This document shows, piece after piece, positions 13,860-30,075 of a DNA stretch of 64,000 bases. Each line of letters opens with the position of its first letter. Position 1 is the first letter of the stretch. Position numbers and translations under genes: made by a program. The notes under the pieces are model-generated. The model did not search any database. It was not told the DNA's origin and saw nothing but the letters and a program-made list of their open reading frames with translations. This DNA is from the human T2T-CHM13v2.0 reference genome, Homo sapiens. Where the stretch lies: NCBI RefSeq assembly GCF_009914755.1, contig NC_060926.1; one strand, 5' to 3'.

Positions 13860-14345
13860 CATGTTCTGCCAGGAAAGAGGTAGCCCACTCAAATGGAGCA
13901 ACTGAGGAAGATTTAATGAAGGGACTATTTACAAAGGATGAGAAGTGTTAGGGTAGACTAACAGGGTATGATGGTTTAGGACCTGGGCTAGTGAAAGTTA
14001 GAATCCATAAAGTTGATGGAGGGAGAAACATTTAGTGGAATGAAAGAAAAGTATTTAATAGCTATAGGCAAATGCCCCTCCATAGGAACTGTGGCTTTTG
14101 TTAGAGATAGGGAGACAGTGTGAGGCAATACAGAGATGGAATCTGGTGAAATAAATACCTTGATGTCTCTATCCCTCCTCTTGCCCTTTTTTTCTTTTCT
14201 TTTGTGTGTCCCATCCCCCCATTCACAAAGCCCAAACAGAAGCCAATAAGCCGGGGGGCTACTGATGCAGCCCATCTCTGGGTATAAAGCAGGTTGAAGA
14301 AGAACAAAGAGGGAATCTAGGGGGAACAGATGGAAAAGATCCTAT
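13860..14345. mobile_element. Old ERVL-type LTR remnant (LTR33-like)
   Basis: Motif ctcaaatgg...gaggaagatttaatgaagggactatttacaaagg; heavily diverged. Confidence 0.4.
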
Positions 14346-14505
14346 ACATCTCCTTAACTTCCAGTTCAAGGTCATAAGATGTGCAAAGGTGTTGGTCTCT
14401 CCTCCTTCTGAGGATCTCATTCAAAATGATAGGAAAGGAATTTTAAAAGCCCTAATTCCTTCTCAGAAACAAAAGGAGAGGGCCATTAGTGGAGGACATT
14501 AGTGG

Positions 14506-14547
14506 ATGACAGAACATTAATGGGTAATGACAGAACATTAATGGGTA
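14506..14547. repeat. Perfect 21-bp tandem duplication (atgacagaacattaatgggta)x2
   Basis: Read directly; preceded by two related cattagtgga units. Confidence 0.9.
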
Positions 14548-15329
14548 AGACCAAAAAGTAGAGAAATTGATGACACGACATTGGGAGCCATGACCTAATG
14601 TAGCAGGAAGGTGGGTGGTGGCAAGGAGAAAGCTCCTCTACCCACGAGGGCTCCACAGAGCCTTGGTGACTGGTCTGATGGAGGACAGGAGTGAGGGGTA
14701 GGTCTTAAAAAAATATGGGTTATTAAGTAACCAGTAGAGGCATAAAAAACATCATTATAAAAGATTGAAAGATGGTACAAAGTAAATTGTCAATTACTGC
14801 AGAAAGTCAATAGGTAATGTCTGAAGTTCATAAATCAAGAAGTAATGACATAAGCATAGTATTTATAGATTTGGAGGTAACCATAGAAAAATTAAATACA
14901 GAAGCAGTTGAAAGTGTTCCCTCTGAAAAGGAAGACAGAGAGTAAGGAAGCTTTCATAGTGGCTGAGTTGCTTCTCACTGTGGGTCTTCTAGTATTAATG
15001 ATTTTTTTTAAATGCATATATAATTTTAATAAATTCTTATTTCATTGTGCTGGCTTTCTATAAGTTAACTTCTTGATATGGGTAGGTCTATTATTTGTAC
15101 CAAACCTACCAATTTATTCCATCTTCTCCTACACTGTCTTTTCTCTCCATTCTTTATAACCCTCACTGCGCTCCTCCCTCTCTCCCACCTTTCCCATGTG
15201 CTCACACCCAGAGCCGTACTCACATACCTTCCTTCTGAGTGTAGTTACTTGTCTGTCTTTGTAAATAAATGCCTTGCACTCTTACATCTCAGTGCCCTTC
15301 TTCAAAGTGCTTCCTTGGCCTGAAATGGC

Positions 15330-15481
15330 TTCATTCATATATATATATATTATGAATTATATATATATGAATTATAATATATAATTATATAATATATATA
15401 ATATAATATATAATATAATATATAATATAATATATAATATAAAATCATATATATATTATTCATTCATATATATATGATTTT
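15330..15481. repeat. (TA)/(TATAA)-rich low-complexity tract
   Basis: Read directly from sequence. Confidence 0.9.
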
Positions 15482-16494
15482 TTTTCTATTTAGCTATCAA
15501 GGCCCTCAAAGCAGACAAAAATCTGTCTCCTTCATGATCCCTCTTCGGTTGCCACAGTCAAAAATGATTTCTGTTTCTTCTATACCCACCTAGCACCGTG
15601 TCACTCTCTGACACTGCTCACACTGCAATGTCTTCTAACTAGTCGTATATATGTCTGCCCCTTTTCTTCTTGCTTAATTATAAGTTCTGTAGGTCAGAGA
15701 TTTGTGTGTGCATTTACAGTGCAAATAGTCTATCTTCCACATAGTAATTGAAGTAGTTGCTAAGCACTTTAACGATAATTGATTTTTGTTGCTGATGTTG
15801 ATTCAGAAGGCATCTAAAGATTGTGAAATGAGTGCCTCAACACATTAAAGTGAACATCAGTTGTTTTTTAATTGATGTTCCTATTAATACTTCTATTTCT
15901 CAGCAAAACCCTGAACTAAACAATATTTTGTTCTTTCCCAATTTTACTGCCTCTTTCCTAAATTCCAATTATATATATATGGTTATAAGGTTATGAGGTT
16001 TTGAGGAATAAGAAATCTAATAAACTAATATCCATAAATGAATAGGTGACTAATATATTAATTATTATAGGTGTGTTTTGTTTGCATTATAAAAAATAGC
16101 CTGGATGGAGAAATCCCTTACTCAAGGGACTGAGTTGCTAATAATAAAACACCAGAGATTTCAGCTGTTGTTTGGAGATCAAAGAAGGTTTCTGGGGCCC
16201 CTTCGATCATGCCATAAAACTTTTATGCCATTGGTAAGGTAGATTCTAATTAAACATATTAAGACAGCGGGAAATAATTATATTCGAAATCACCATTATT
16301 AAGTATTGTGTGTTTATTTCATAAAAGTAAGATGGAGTGTTAACTCCTGGTCTTTGCTTGTTATTTTCGTTCCCAGGTTGACTTTCCACATGTGCTTACT
16401 TTATCTCTCTCTCTTTTTTTTCAATTGCTACCTGGATTTTGATCTGCATCAACATAAAAGGGCACTATATAATTTTCTTTTTCCTTTACTTCAG

Positions 16495-16624
16495 GAAATG
16501 CCACAGTAAAACAGTCTCGATACAGAATCATCATCCAAGAAGCAGCCAATGGAGGCCAGGAATGCCCAGATACCTTATATGAGGAGAGAGAGTGTGAAGA
16601 TGTTTCCTTGTGTCCTGTATATCG
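16495..16624 (+). CDS. THSD7B: Internal coding exon (130 nt, phase 1 to 2) of thrombospondin type-1 domain-containing protein 7B
   Basis: Strong acceptor ttttctttttcctttacttcag (AG 16493-16494). Open frame (G)NATVKQSRYRIIIQEAANGGQECPDTLYEERECEDVSLCPVY(R) has the spondin-type TSP1 pattern SRxRxI...NGGxxCP...EExxC. Donor CG|GCAAGT. Gene identity is from recall of the THSD7A/B proteins. Confidence 0.88.
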
Positions 16625-16985
16625 GCAAGTAGTTACCTTTTAAAATTATCGTTAGACCTACTGTAAATTATAACCTATTTTCTTTCACATAACATATGGT
16701 CGTTTGGTGAAAAATAAGTAAGAGGGGATCTGACATTTACATATCTTCAAATACTTTAATATTCTTACCCTCTTATCTGGAACATATTTGGGAGGAGTAG
16801 AGATATGAAAGTCTAATTAACAGGGGGAAAAGGAAGCACGTTTGACTGTAAGTGAGCTGCTTGACTTATGCCACCATGGCAGTCCATTTTCAGGATCATG
16901 TTCGAAAGAGATTCAGGATGAGATTTTTACGGTTGTTATCTGGGGGCTGGGAGAAGAAATACACACCACACACACGGGAGAAGGA

Positions 16986-16987
<2 letters not shown>

Positions 16988-17032
<45 letters not shown>
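16988..17032. repeat. Perfect (CA)~22 microsatellite
   Basis: Read directly from sequence. Confidence 0.95.
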
Positions 17033-17036
<4 letters not shown>

Positions 17037-19323
17037 GTAACTTACCTTCATTCTATTGTTCTCATCCTAACATCTTTAATCAAGAATTAAGAACAAATTT
17101 GTACTCCCTTGTTTATTTTAATTAAAAATTTTTTGGTTCTCAATTTTTGTGATACACAATTTCAGAAACCATCCAATTAGAAGAAAACGTTTAACTTAGG
17201 GATAAAATTTTTTATTACAAAAAGAAAATGAATAACTTTTAAACTATGTATGTTCCCTGTATATTCCCTCTTGGCAAATTGGTGATTACTATTTAAAAAA
17301 TAATAATAGGTTTCTTTGCTTACTCACAAACTTCCCCCCTTTTAACACCTGACAGTTTTAAATCTGATTGAAATGCTACTTTAAGGTGTATTTGGATTAA
17401 ATTCAATCTCTATGGGGTTTTACTGATTTGTGAATATAATCCATGGTCTTAAAAATAATATAGGTTTTATCGGCACACTTATAAATGCCTTTAGCAAAAA
17501 TGTCCCGTGTTTCTGCTAATTATTTGAGAAACTAAACCTAAAGCTGTGAAATTCAAGGGCTAATTTATTTGGGAAAATACAAGTCATTTCCTTTTTTAAA
17601 AGAAGAAAGATATCGTTGAAGAAGGTCTAAATTACTATTGATTTTATCATCCTTTACTTTCATTGTTTTTATCTGATGACCAATTTTGGGAGGATGTAAA
17701 TAAACACTGGGAACATGCCCAGACTACCATTTTTTTCTCATTAACCACAGGGCCATTGTGGAAACACTGTCAATATTCATCCTTTTGTACAATGTCTAAA
17801 TATTGAAACTTCTGAGCCCAGCAAAAGAGCTCTCAAGGAAAGTATCCAAATGAAAAAAATTAGCCAAATCAAATATTATTAGACATTTTTATGAACCCAG
17901 GGTTGTTATAATCAGATAAAATCAAAAAACTATTAGTGGGATCTTCCATTTCTTTGTCCACTCTTTTTACTCTCCTATTGCACTTCAATTTAGCTACTTG
18001 TGTTTGAGCTAGTTTCTATCAATGACCTCCTGCCACGTTCCCCAAAAATCAGTTCTACTGTGTATGAATTGGATCATTGTGCCATTTTTCCTGATGCATA
18101 GTTCAAAATGTATCCAAGTTATCAGCATGAATCTCTGCTCCTTAGTGAAACATCCTTGAATTTTGAGCAATATAGTTCCAATTTAGATTTTGCTTTCCCC
18201 TTTATTGGTATGTTAGGGAGGAAGTTGTCTTAGGAAGCGAGTTAACGTAGGATTTTATCATTATCTTCTGATTCTTCTTTCTGACTCCATTAAGGTGATA
18301 TATTCACATGTTTACCAAATTAAAGCAGAATCAAAATGCCTATTTAATTTGTCAAGTGAATTTGAACTTCTCTCAACACATTAAGTAGCTAAGACAGCAT
18401 GGGCGCCTTTATCCCTATGTAGAATTGGCAATAAGAAGTTGACAAGAGGCTGTGGCTGAGCATCAGAGACAGGACTGGAAACTGGCCTGTCCTGACTTAT
18501 GCAGCCTGGGACAAATCATTTAACTTCTCTGAGCCTGGTTTTTGAAAGTTTAATAAAGGAATTCCAAAAATTTCTTTCCTCCATTTCAGTCTATTCACCA
18601 AGGTAAAGGAGATTGAACTCCTTGGTCTCATTTTGGTCAAGAAGGTCTGTATAAACTCAATTTAAGGAAATTGAGTGAATCAATGACATTTTAGTTCAAA
18701 AGTTGGACTAAAATCCCTTACCTTTTGGCTTCTGTATCTTGGAATCATGCAGAATGTATATCTATGCATGTATAAAGTAAATTTATAACAATCTAAAATT
18801 AATAGATGATTTCTTTAAATGTAACAGGTTTCCTGTTTAGCTGTTTCCTGATTTTTTTTCCCCAACTCTTCAGCTATTCCCATTATGAAGGCCACTTGAA
18901 TGAAGTCAATGATGTTTTGCTTTATGTTTCTCACTGCTTTTTTGAAGTAGTTATCAGAGGTACTGGCTCATATGAAAAGGGTTAAAATGTACTAAGTGAA
19001 AGAGCAGAATCTGTAGTTATACTTAGGGTTTGGGTTTGCTGGAATATTCTGAAGAGACAGATTTAAGGACACAAGTCATCATCTGCCCTGTGAGTCATAA
19101 AAATAGAGTTTTGTTGACCTGAGAAAGAAAAGCCAGTAGAAGGTGAAAAGATTTCCTTCAAGACTGTATCCTCTGAGGACTAGAAATCATGGTATTTTAT
19201 CAACAGCAGGTCCATTCCTCTTTCCTAAGATTAACTATCAGATAAGATAGTTCCATGGTGCCCGTTCTTTTACTCTATAACCTATTGAGATGTTTGATTT
19301 ACTTCAAAAGTCCTTGGAAACAC

Positions 19324-19426
19324 CTTATAAAAATTTGAAGCAGAGGATTAAGTGTGAAGGTCTGTACCTCAAGCTTATAAAAATTTTGAAGCAGAAGATT
19401 AATGTGAAGTTTGTACCTCAAGCTTA
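19324..19426. repeat. Diverged ~50-bp tandem duplication
   Basis: cttataaaaatttgaagcaga...tgtacctcaag occurs twice, followed by ctta. Confidence 0.9.
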
Positions 19427-19884
19427 CAGATGTTCAAACCTTTATTCTCTAACGCACCAGTGGGACACAGGGATTTTCTCTCTCTTGTTTTCTTGTATTG
19501 TTTTTTTTTTTTTGGAAACAATTTTAAGTGCATAAAGAACTAAAGAACTAGACCCTCCAGACTGATCAGTGCCTCTAATGTTTATTATTGCCACTTTTCT
19601 ATATTAACCAAAGTTTATGTGTAAAATATCCAAATTCAGTTTTTTTCTCATTAGCCACAGGGCCAATTCAAAAACACTGAATTACTGCCTAAATCATGAA
19701 TCTGGGGTAGAGTGGACTATTGTCATTCTAGTGCTTGCCAAGGCTTGGTTTTATGACATTGATTTCATATCCATTTTTATTGAATTACTGTCTTTACTTT
19801 TTTTAAACTTCAAACATATGTAAGTATTTCTTCCTCGTGTTGATCACAGTAAAGTTTCTAGTCCATCGTTTTTGGTAATCACAG

Positions 19885-19988
19885 GTGGAAGCCACAGAAA
19901 TGGAGCCCTTGCATCTTAGTGCCAGAGTCTGTCTGGCAGGGAATAACGGGCAGCAGTGAAGCCTGTGGAAAGGGGTTACAAACAAGAG
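19885..19988 (+). CDS. THSD7B: Next coding exon (104 nt, phase 2 to 1) of THSD7B
   Basis: Acceptor atcacag (AG 19883-19884), donor AG|GTATGA. Frame (R)WKPQKWSPCILVPESVWQGITGSSEACGKGLQTR has the TSP1 W..WSPC...CG.G.QTR motif. The split codon CG|G joins the previous exon in frame. Confidence 0.88.
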
Positions 19989-22099
19989 GTATGATGATTT
20001 TTACATAGTTTTTTTTTATTAATACGTAAGTTAACATTATGTAACTCATATGTGTTGCTTACTTTTATATTTGAATGAATTGTGATATTATTGGCTTGAA
20101 TTATTCATATTTATTGATGTTAAATATAAATAGGATTTGGCATAGTTAGCAGTTTATATTAGATTATCTTTAACTATAACCAGTTAGTGTACCTAAGGAC
20201 TAAAGCAATATAAGCAAATATCTGTTCTCGGTCATAGTGTAGCCCAATGCTCATGTTCCAAATGCATGTTAGATATTACCTAATATCTGTGAATGAAGGT
20301 TTTGTCAAGATGAGATTCAACTGTCTGTATACCTTAGATTTTTTGGTGCTAATTAAATATTTGTTGATGAATGAAAGAATAACTGAATGAATTGACTAAT
20401 CTTAATGATCATAGGATATGTCTTAAATATAATTGTCATATACATACTCATCATATATCTTACATGTCATATGCATAAAAAGGAAGTAGTAAAATTTCTG
20501 GAAGACATATGAATAAGCTTCTGGACCTGAGTAGAACTGCTTTTTATCATCAATGTCTAGAAGGTGTGGGAAATCTCTGAAAAGTACTCAGAGAATCATC
20601 AGACTGCTCACTTTTCTATTTCATTCATAATCCAGGTGCCAGTTGTAGGAAGCTTGATATGAAGTGCATTATTCTCAAAACCTGACCACTTTCTCACTGA
20701 AGGGATATATGTGGCAAAATTAGACCTTGTGGAATCAATTAAATTATACTGGTTTCATAATTAATGTTCTTTTAGAAGGCATATTTAGAATTAAGTTTCT
20801 CTTCTTGTTACATAGGTCATACTTTGGAAATAATATCCCTGTCAAAAAATTTACAGATGAAATTTTATTGGTCAGGTAGTTTGATTTAAGATTGCTATGG
20901 GGATCTACAGTGGCTTTGTGTAAATTATAAGAATGAACCACTTTCTTAAGACATTTTACTTTCATATATCACTAAATTATTGTAATAATATATTGTTATT
21001 TTAATATTTTTGCCTACTTTCTGCTGAAAAATTGTTACAGAATATCCAAATCACCAATATCTACTCCATGAATGGAGCCCTGTTAAAAAATGCCAACTTT
21101 ATGTAGTGTACAGTTTAAGTAGGACCTTGAATTTGTTACTCTATGATATTACAATACTAAACAAAACCATTTAGTAAATTCTGCAAGGATATTGTATGTA
21201 AATGATGTAAAATTATCACATAAAAGCAAGATATTTCATATTTTCTAGAATATGAAATCTCTTTGGATTTCAATATAAATGAAGATTTCTAGCTGGATGC
21301 CTGATAGTCCTTTAGATTAGGCAATGAACTTTCTCTAAATTTGACACCAACATTAGAGCATTCCTGGTGTTTAGTTGATGGGCAAGTTGCACTTTTAGCA
21401 TAGTAGGATGGGTCTTCAATTTTAGGATTATGGAAGAAAGACATTGCTACCTCTATCTTTTCTTTAAATTAAGAACCATAAAGGAAAATACAGAACAATA
21501 AGACTAAATACATCTCCAATGAGATCAATCTCCTTTATAAAATCACTCCAAAGAACAAGGAATACAGTAAACTTACTTTCAGGTAAATTAGGAGCCATCG
21601 GTAAACTAGGTCATAATATATGAATTTGGAAAGTAAATGGAGATATGGCAAAGTATTTTGCAGAACAGGATTACACCTAAGTGTTGGCAAGGGTGAAGCT
21701 GTGGGAGCTGGAGAGAAATAAAATGGTATATCCTGGACAACTCCAGGAAGAAACCACATTCTGCAGAAGGAAGTGTGCAAGAGTGTGTGTGTATGTGTGT
21801 TGGGAGTTGAGGATAAAAGCTGGAGCTCTGAAAGTCTGAATAAAGAGCAGGAAAGTTCCTCCTTGTTCAAGTTCTTCACCTTTCACTCTACAGAGTCAGA
21901 TTTCTACCATTTCTTTTTCTTGTGGGAGCATGGAGATGTATTCTTTGGGAAACAGAGAGGTTTTAGACTCTGGACAATAAGCAGAGGTGGGTGGAGATGC
22001 GGGGCTAGACTGAAATCAGGTGGATCAAAGGAATGTCTGAATAAGGAATTATGAGACTCTGATTTCCTCTGAACATTAAACTGCTAAGAGTTGAAGGAT

Positions 22100-23150
22100 A
22101 GAGAAATGAGAATATAAAGGGGAGAAAAGTATCAAAGAAATAATACTAGAAAAATACTCATTAAGGAGCCAAAATGATTAAATAAGTCCCATATCAAGGC
22201 TTGTCACTGTGATATTTCAGACCACCTGGGGTAAAGTCATGACCCTAAAGCCTTCCAGAGTAAACACCATGATCTCTCACCCAGAGTTTTTGAATAAGAT
22301 TGTAGGACTTTTCAACATCAGCACTGGAAAGTGGAAGGAAATAGAACAATATCTTCTAAATGTGGAATGAGAATATTTTCAACCAAGAAATCCATATTAA
22401 ATTATCATTCAATTATTAGGATAACATGAAATGTTTGTAGAAAACAAAATCTCCAAAAGCTTACCTTCATAGCATCCTGTGTCCAGAAGTAAATAGAGTA
22501 TATGCCTCATCAAAGATGAATAAATCAGTATGCACACTGGGTATCCTCCCCAGAAGAGAGGACATTGGCATTCCTAGGAAGAAAGGGAGGGGAAATTCAT
22601 GGACCACTGCTGTTCACAGGCCTCGAGCTGTTCACTAGGCTTATGTGGTGAGAGCAGGAGACCTGTAAAGTGTCAGGAGGGATGTCTTAACATTAACAAT
22701 AGAAAGAATAGAGGACCTGTCAGGTTTGACCTGGACAACTGTACTGAGAAGCATTTCATAGGTATAAAAGCACTTATCCGGATTCATAGAAACGTTTGCA
22801 AATAAAAGTGAAAAAATTTCAGGAAATACAAAGTGTTGTAGATAAGAGGTATAGTTACAATATACTTTTTCAGCTTACCTATAAAGAATATATTGTCATA
22901 AAGGCAAAAGCATTAAGTTATGGATTTAAGCAAAAAATGTGATTCAACAATGTTGAGAGTTTAGTGAAGGGACCTGGGAGGTGTTGTCTTCAAAAAAACA
23001 GCAGTAGAAAACACCTATCATTAAGGAATTGGCTAACGGAGCTATATGAATATATTTTTAGAAACATGAAGTACCCATTAGAAGAAACTGTAGAACAGTA
23101 AAAAAATAATTGACTCAAAGTGAGGAGTCAGATAATTATTTGTTTTATCA
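22100..23150 (+). mobile_element. Ancient L1M/HAL1-like ORF1-region remnant
   Basis: Degenerate ORF1-type motifs (gacttttcaacatcagcactggaa; attttcaaccaagaaatccata). Confidence 0.4.
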
Positions 23151-23215
23151 TTATTCAAGTTTCAGTGCTATGAATATGTACTACTTTGGTAAAAATATAT
23201 TTTTTAACATAAACT

Positions 23216-23527
23216 GGCCAGGTGTGATAGCTCATGCCTGTAATCTCAGCACTTTGGAAGGCTGAGGTGAGAGGATTCCTTGAGCTCAAGAGTTGGAGAC
23301 CAGCCTGGACAATATAACGAGACCCTGTCTCTACAAAAATAGAAATTTTAAAAAAAGAGCCAGACATGGTAATGCATGCCGGTCATCCCAGCTACTCAGA
23401 AGGCTGAGGTGGGAGGATTGTTTGAACCTGGGAGGCTGAGGCTACAGTGAGCTGTGATCATGCCACTGCATTTCAGCCTGGGTGACAGAATAAGACCCTG
23501 GCTCAAACAATAATAATAATGAAATAA
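23216..23527 (+). mobile_element. AluJ
   Basis: Dimeric Alu with J-type diagnostics and an (AAT)n tail. Confidence 0.9.
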
Positions 23528-25354
23528 AGTGATCGATGCAGTGTTCTAAGGGATTATTTAAGTAAATGCGTTGCAAAATGCTGAAAAAGCTAGGTCCAGG
23601 AAGGAAATTTAGATTGGGGAAGGGAGGAGGAAGGACCTGCCTGTTTTATACTGTATGAAGAAGCTTCTGCTGTCAGCATTTTTTGCTGGTTTAAACACAT
23701 AGGGTCTTGTTTCTTTACGCATATTAATAGGATGGACTGTGCTTCCCAAAAATACATGTCCACATGCTAAGCATCATAACCTGCACATATGACTTTATTT
23801 GCAAAAAGGATCTTTGTAGATGTAATTAATTTAAGGATTTAAAGCCTTTATCAATTTGGAAAAGTTTATTTTGTCTTTGAGGATTCTTTGTATCCCAGAG
23901 GGAGTTTGAACTCAGACCATAAAGTCATGGGAAAGCCGGCTTGAGGTTACACATTCTCATGAAGGATTCTCCTCTCTTGCTATCCAATGCTATGTTTTAG
24001 AATTGCAAGTTGTCTTGCCAAAACCTTGTGCTTACAAGTTTATTTCTATCTAGTTCATCCCTAAACACTAAGGGTGAGTGTTAGTTGCCATTGCTTCTAG
24101 TGTGGGAATTTTATAAGATTCTACATAGCCAACCTTATATTTTTTCCTTCTGTGCATTATGAATCCATAAAAGTAAAAACTGGGATCTCCAAGATTTGAT
24201 AGAAACCCTTGGGATGAAATTTGTCTTGTTTACCTTGCAGGGCCTCGTACTTTCACTCTGTTTGGGGTGTTACGGATTCCTTACTTTCAGACCAGCCCAT
24301 CAATACATTCAGAAAATACAAATGTTGTCATATGCTTTAGTCTTTTTCATTTGAAAGGATATTTTAGGATTTATATACCATTAGACTGCCAGAAACAGAA
24401 GTACCACTTGTTTTACTTCATTATGCATTTGTTGCTGACCTGTTTAATTGGTTCATGGTTAAGATTTCATTCGTGTAATAATTTTTCAGTTAAAAAATAA
24501 GAAAAACAAGAAGATAGAACAGCACATAGAGTTATAGCTGTAGCTAAGCGTCTACACCATCTCCAGAAAGATGGGCATTTTGGGTTTCATTGTCCTAGTT
24601 GTCTCATACTTCAAGGAGACCCACGTGTTCTTTCTGCCCAGAGTCTTGTGCTTTATCAGAATAATTTTTTTAATGGTGACTTATATTTTATGGCAAATAA
24701 AAGTATAAGAGGAAGAAACTTAAACATAATAATACGCTTTCTAGAAACTGCCCTTAAAATGCTAAAACGTTAGTACTAAAAAAAGAGAGAAAGAAAAGCC
24801 GAGATGCTGTCGTTTCTGTAAGTGGAGTGTATTTCTCCAGGGACCGATTTTTTGTTTTGCTATCCACAGTAACTATTTTAAAGCTGACTTAATGGACTTT
24901 CCAGTATTTTTCTTTTGGACAGAACTTTCTTGTCATTTATCAGCCCGTGAGTATACTCTGTCAGCGACAGACTTGACATTATGGCACTGTAATGGATACA
25001 GAGTAGGTACTGGAGATCGAAATCACTTGTCTACGATATCGTTGACTTTCTTGAACTATCTGTAGTCTTTTTTGGTTTATTTTCCCTGAAAAATGTTTAG
25101 GTGGACCAAAAGAGGCAGATCTCTAAACTCTGTCAAATCTTTTTGTTCTTCTTTAATTAGTTTTTGTCACAGTTTTCTTACACAATAGTTTTGATGGATT
25201 CTGTCTGTTTTTCTTTGCATTCAAGGAACCCCTTTAAAGTAAAGATGTTTTTCTGGGAAAAAAAATTGAGCAAAATAATTCACTTTCAAAATTAGTTGTG
25301 GATTACCTTTAGTTTTATTTATTTATTTATTTTTTTACTGGATGATAATGTGAC

Positions 25355-29547
<4,193 letters not shown>

Positions 29548-29783
29548 TTTTTTTTTTTTAGAAAAGATGGAATTAGAAATCGGAACAAGTTAAATAATGG
29601 AGATCTAAAGTCTTAATTATACAGCAATAATACCTGGTATTTAAAAATGAAAATTCACTGGAAACATATATTTGCATGTATTTACCATTTTTGCCTGATA
29701 TGCTTTATTTAACACAACATTTCATAATCTAGTCTTTCACTAAGGCTTGTAATATGTGATCGAATCATTAAGAATTGATTTAT

Positions 29784-30075
<292 letters not shown>

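Larger units (their letters stand above)
16625..19884 (+). other. GC-AG intron, 3260 nt
   Basis: Begins GCAAGT and ends CAG. This is the only local donor that keeps the two exons in frame. Confidence 0.85.

Noticed and set aside
16629-16634. Canonical GT as the main donor of the first exon
   Set aside because: Poor consensus (AA|GTAGTT), and it breaks the frame with the next TSP1 exon.
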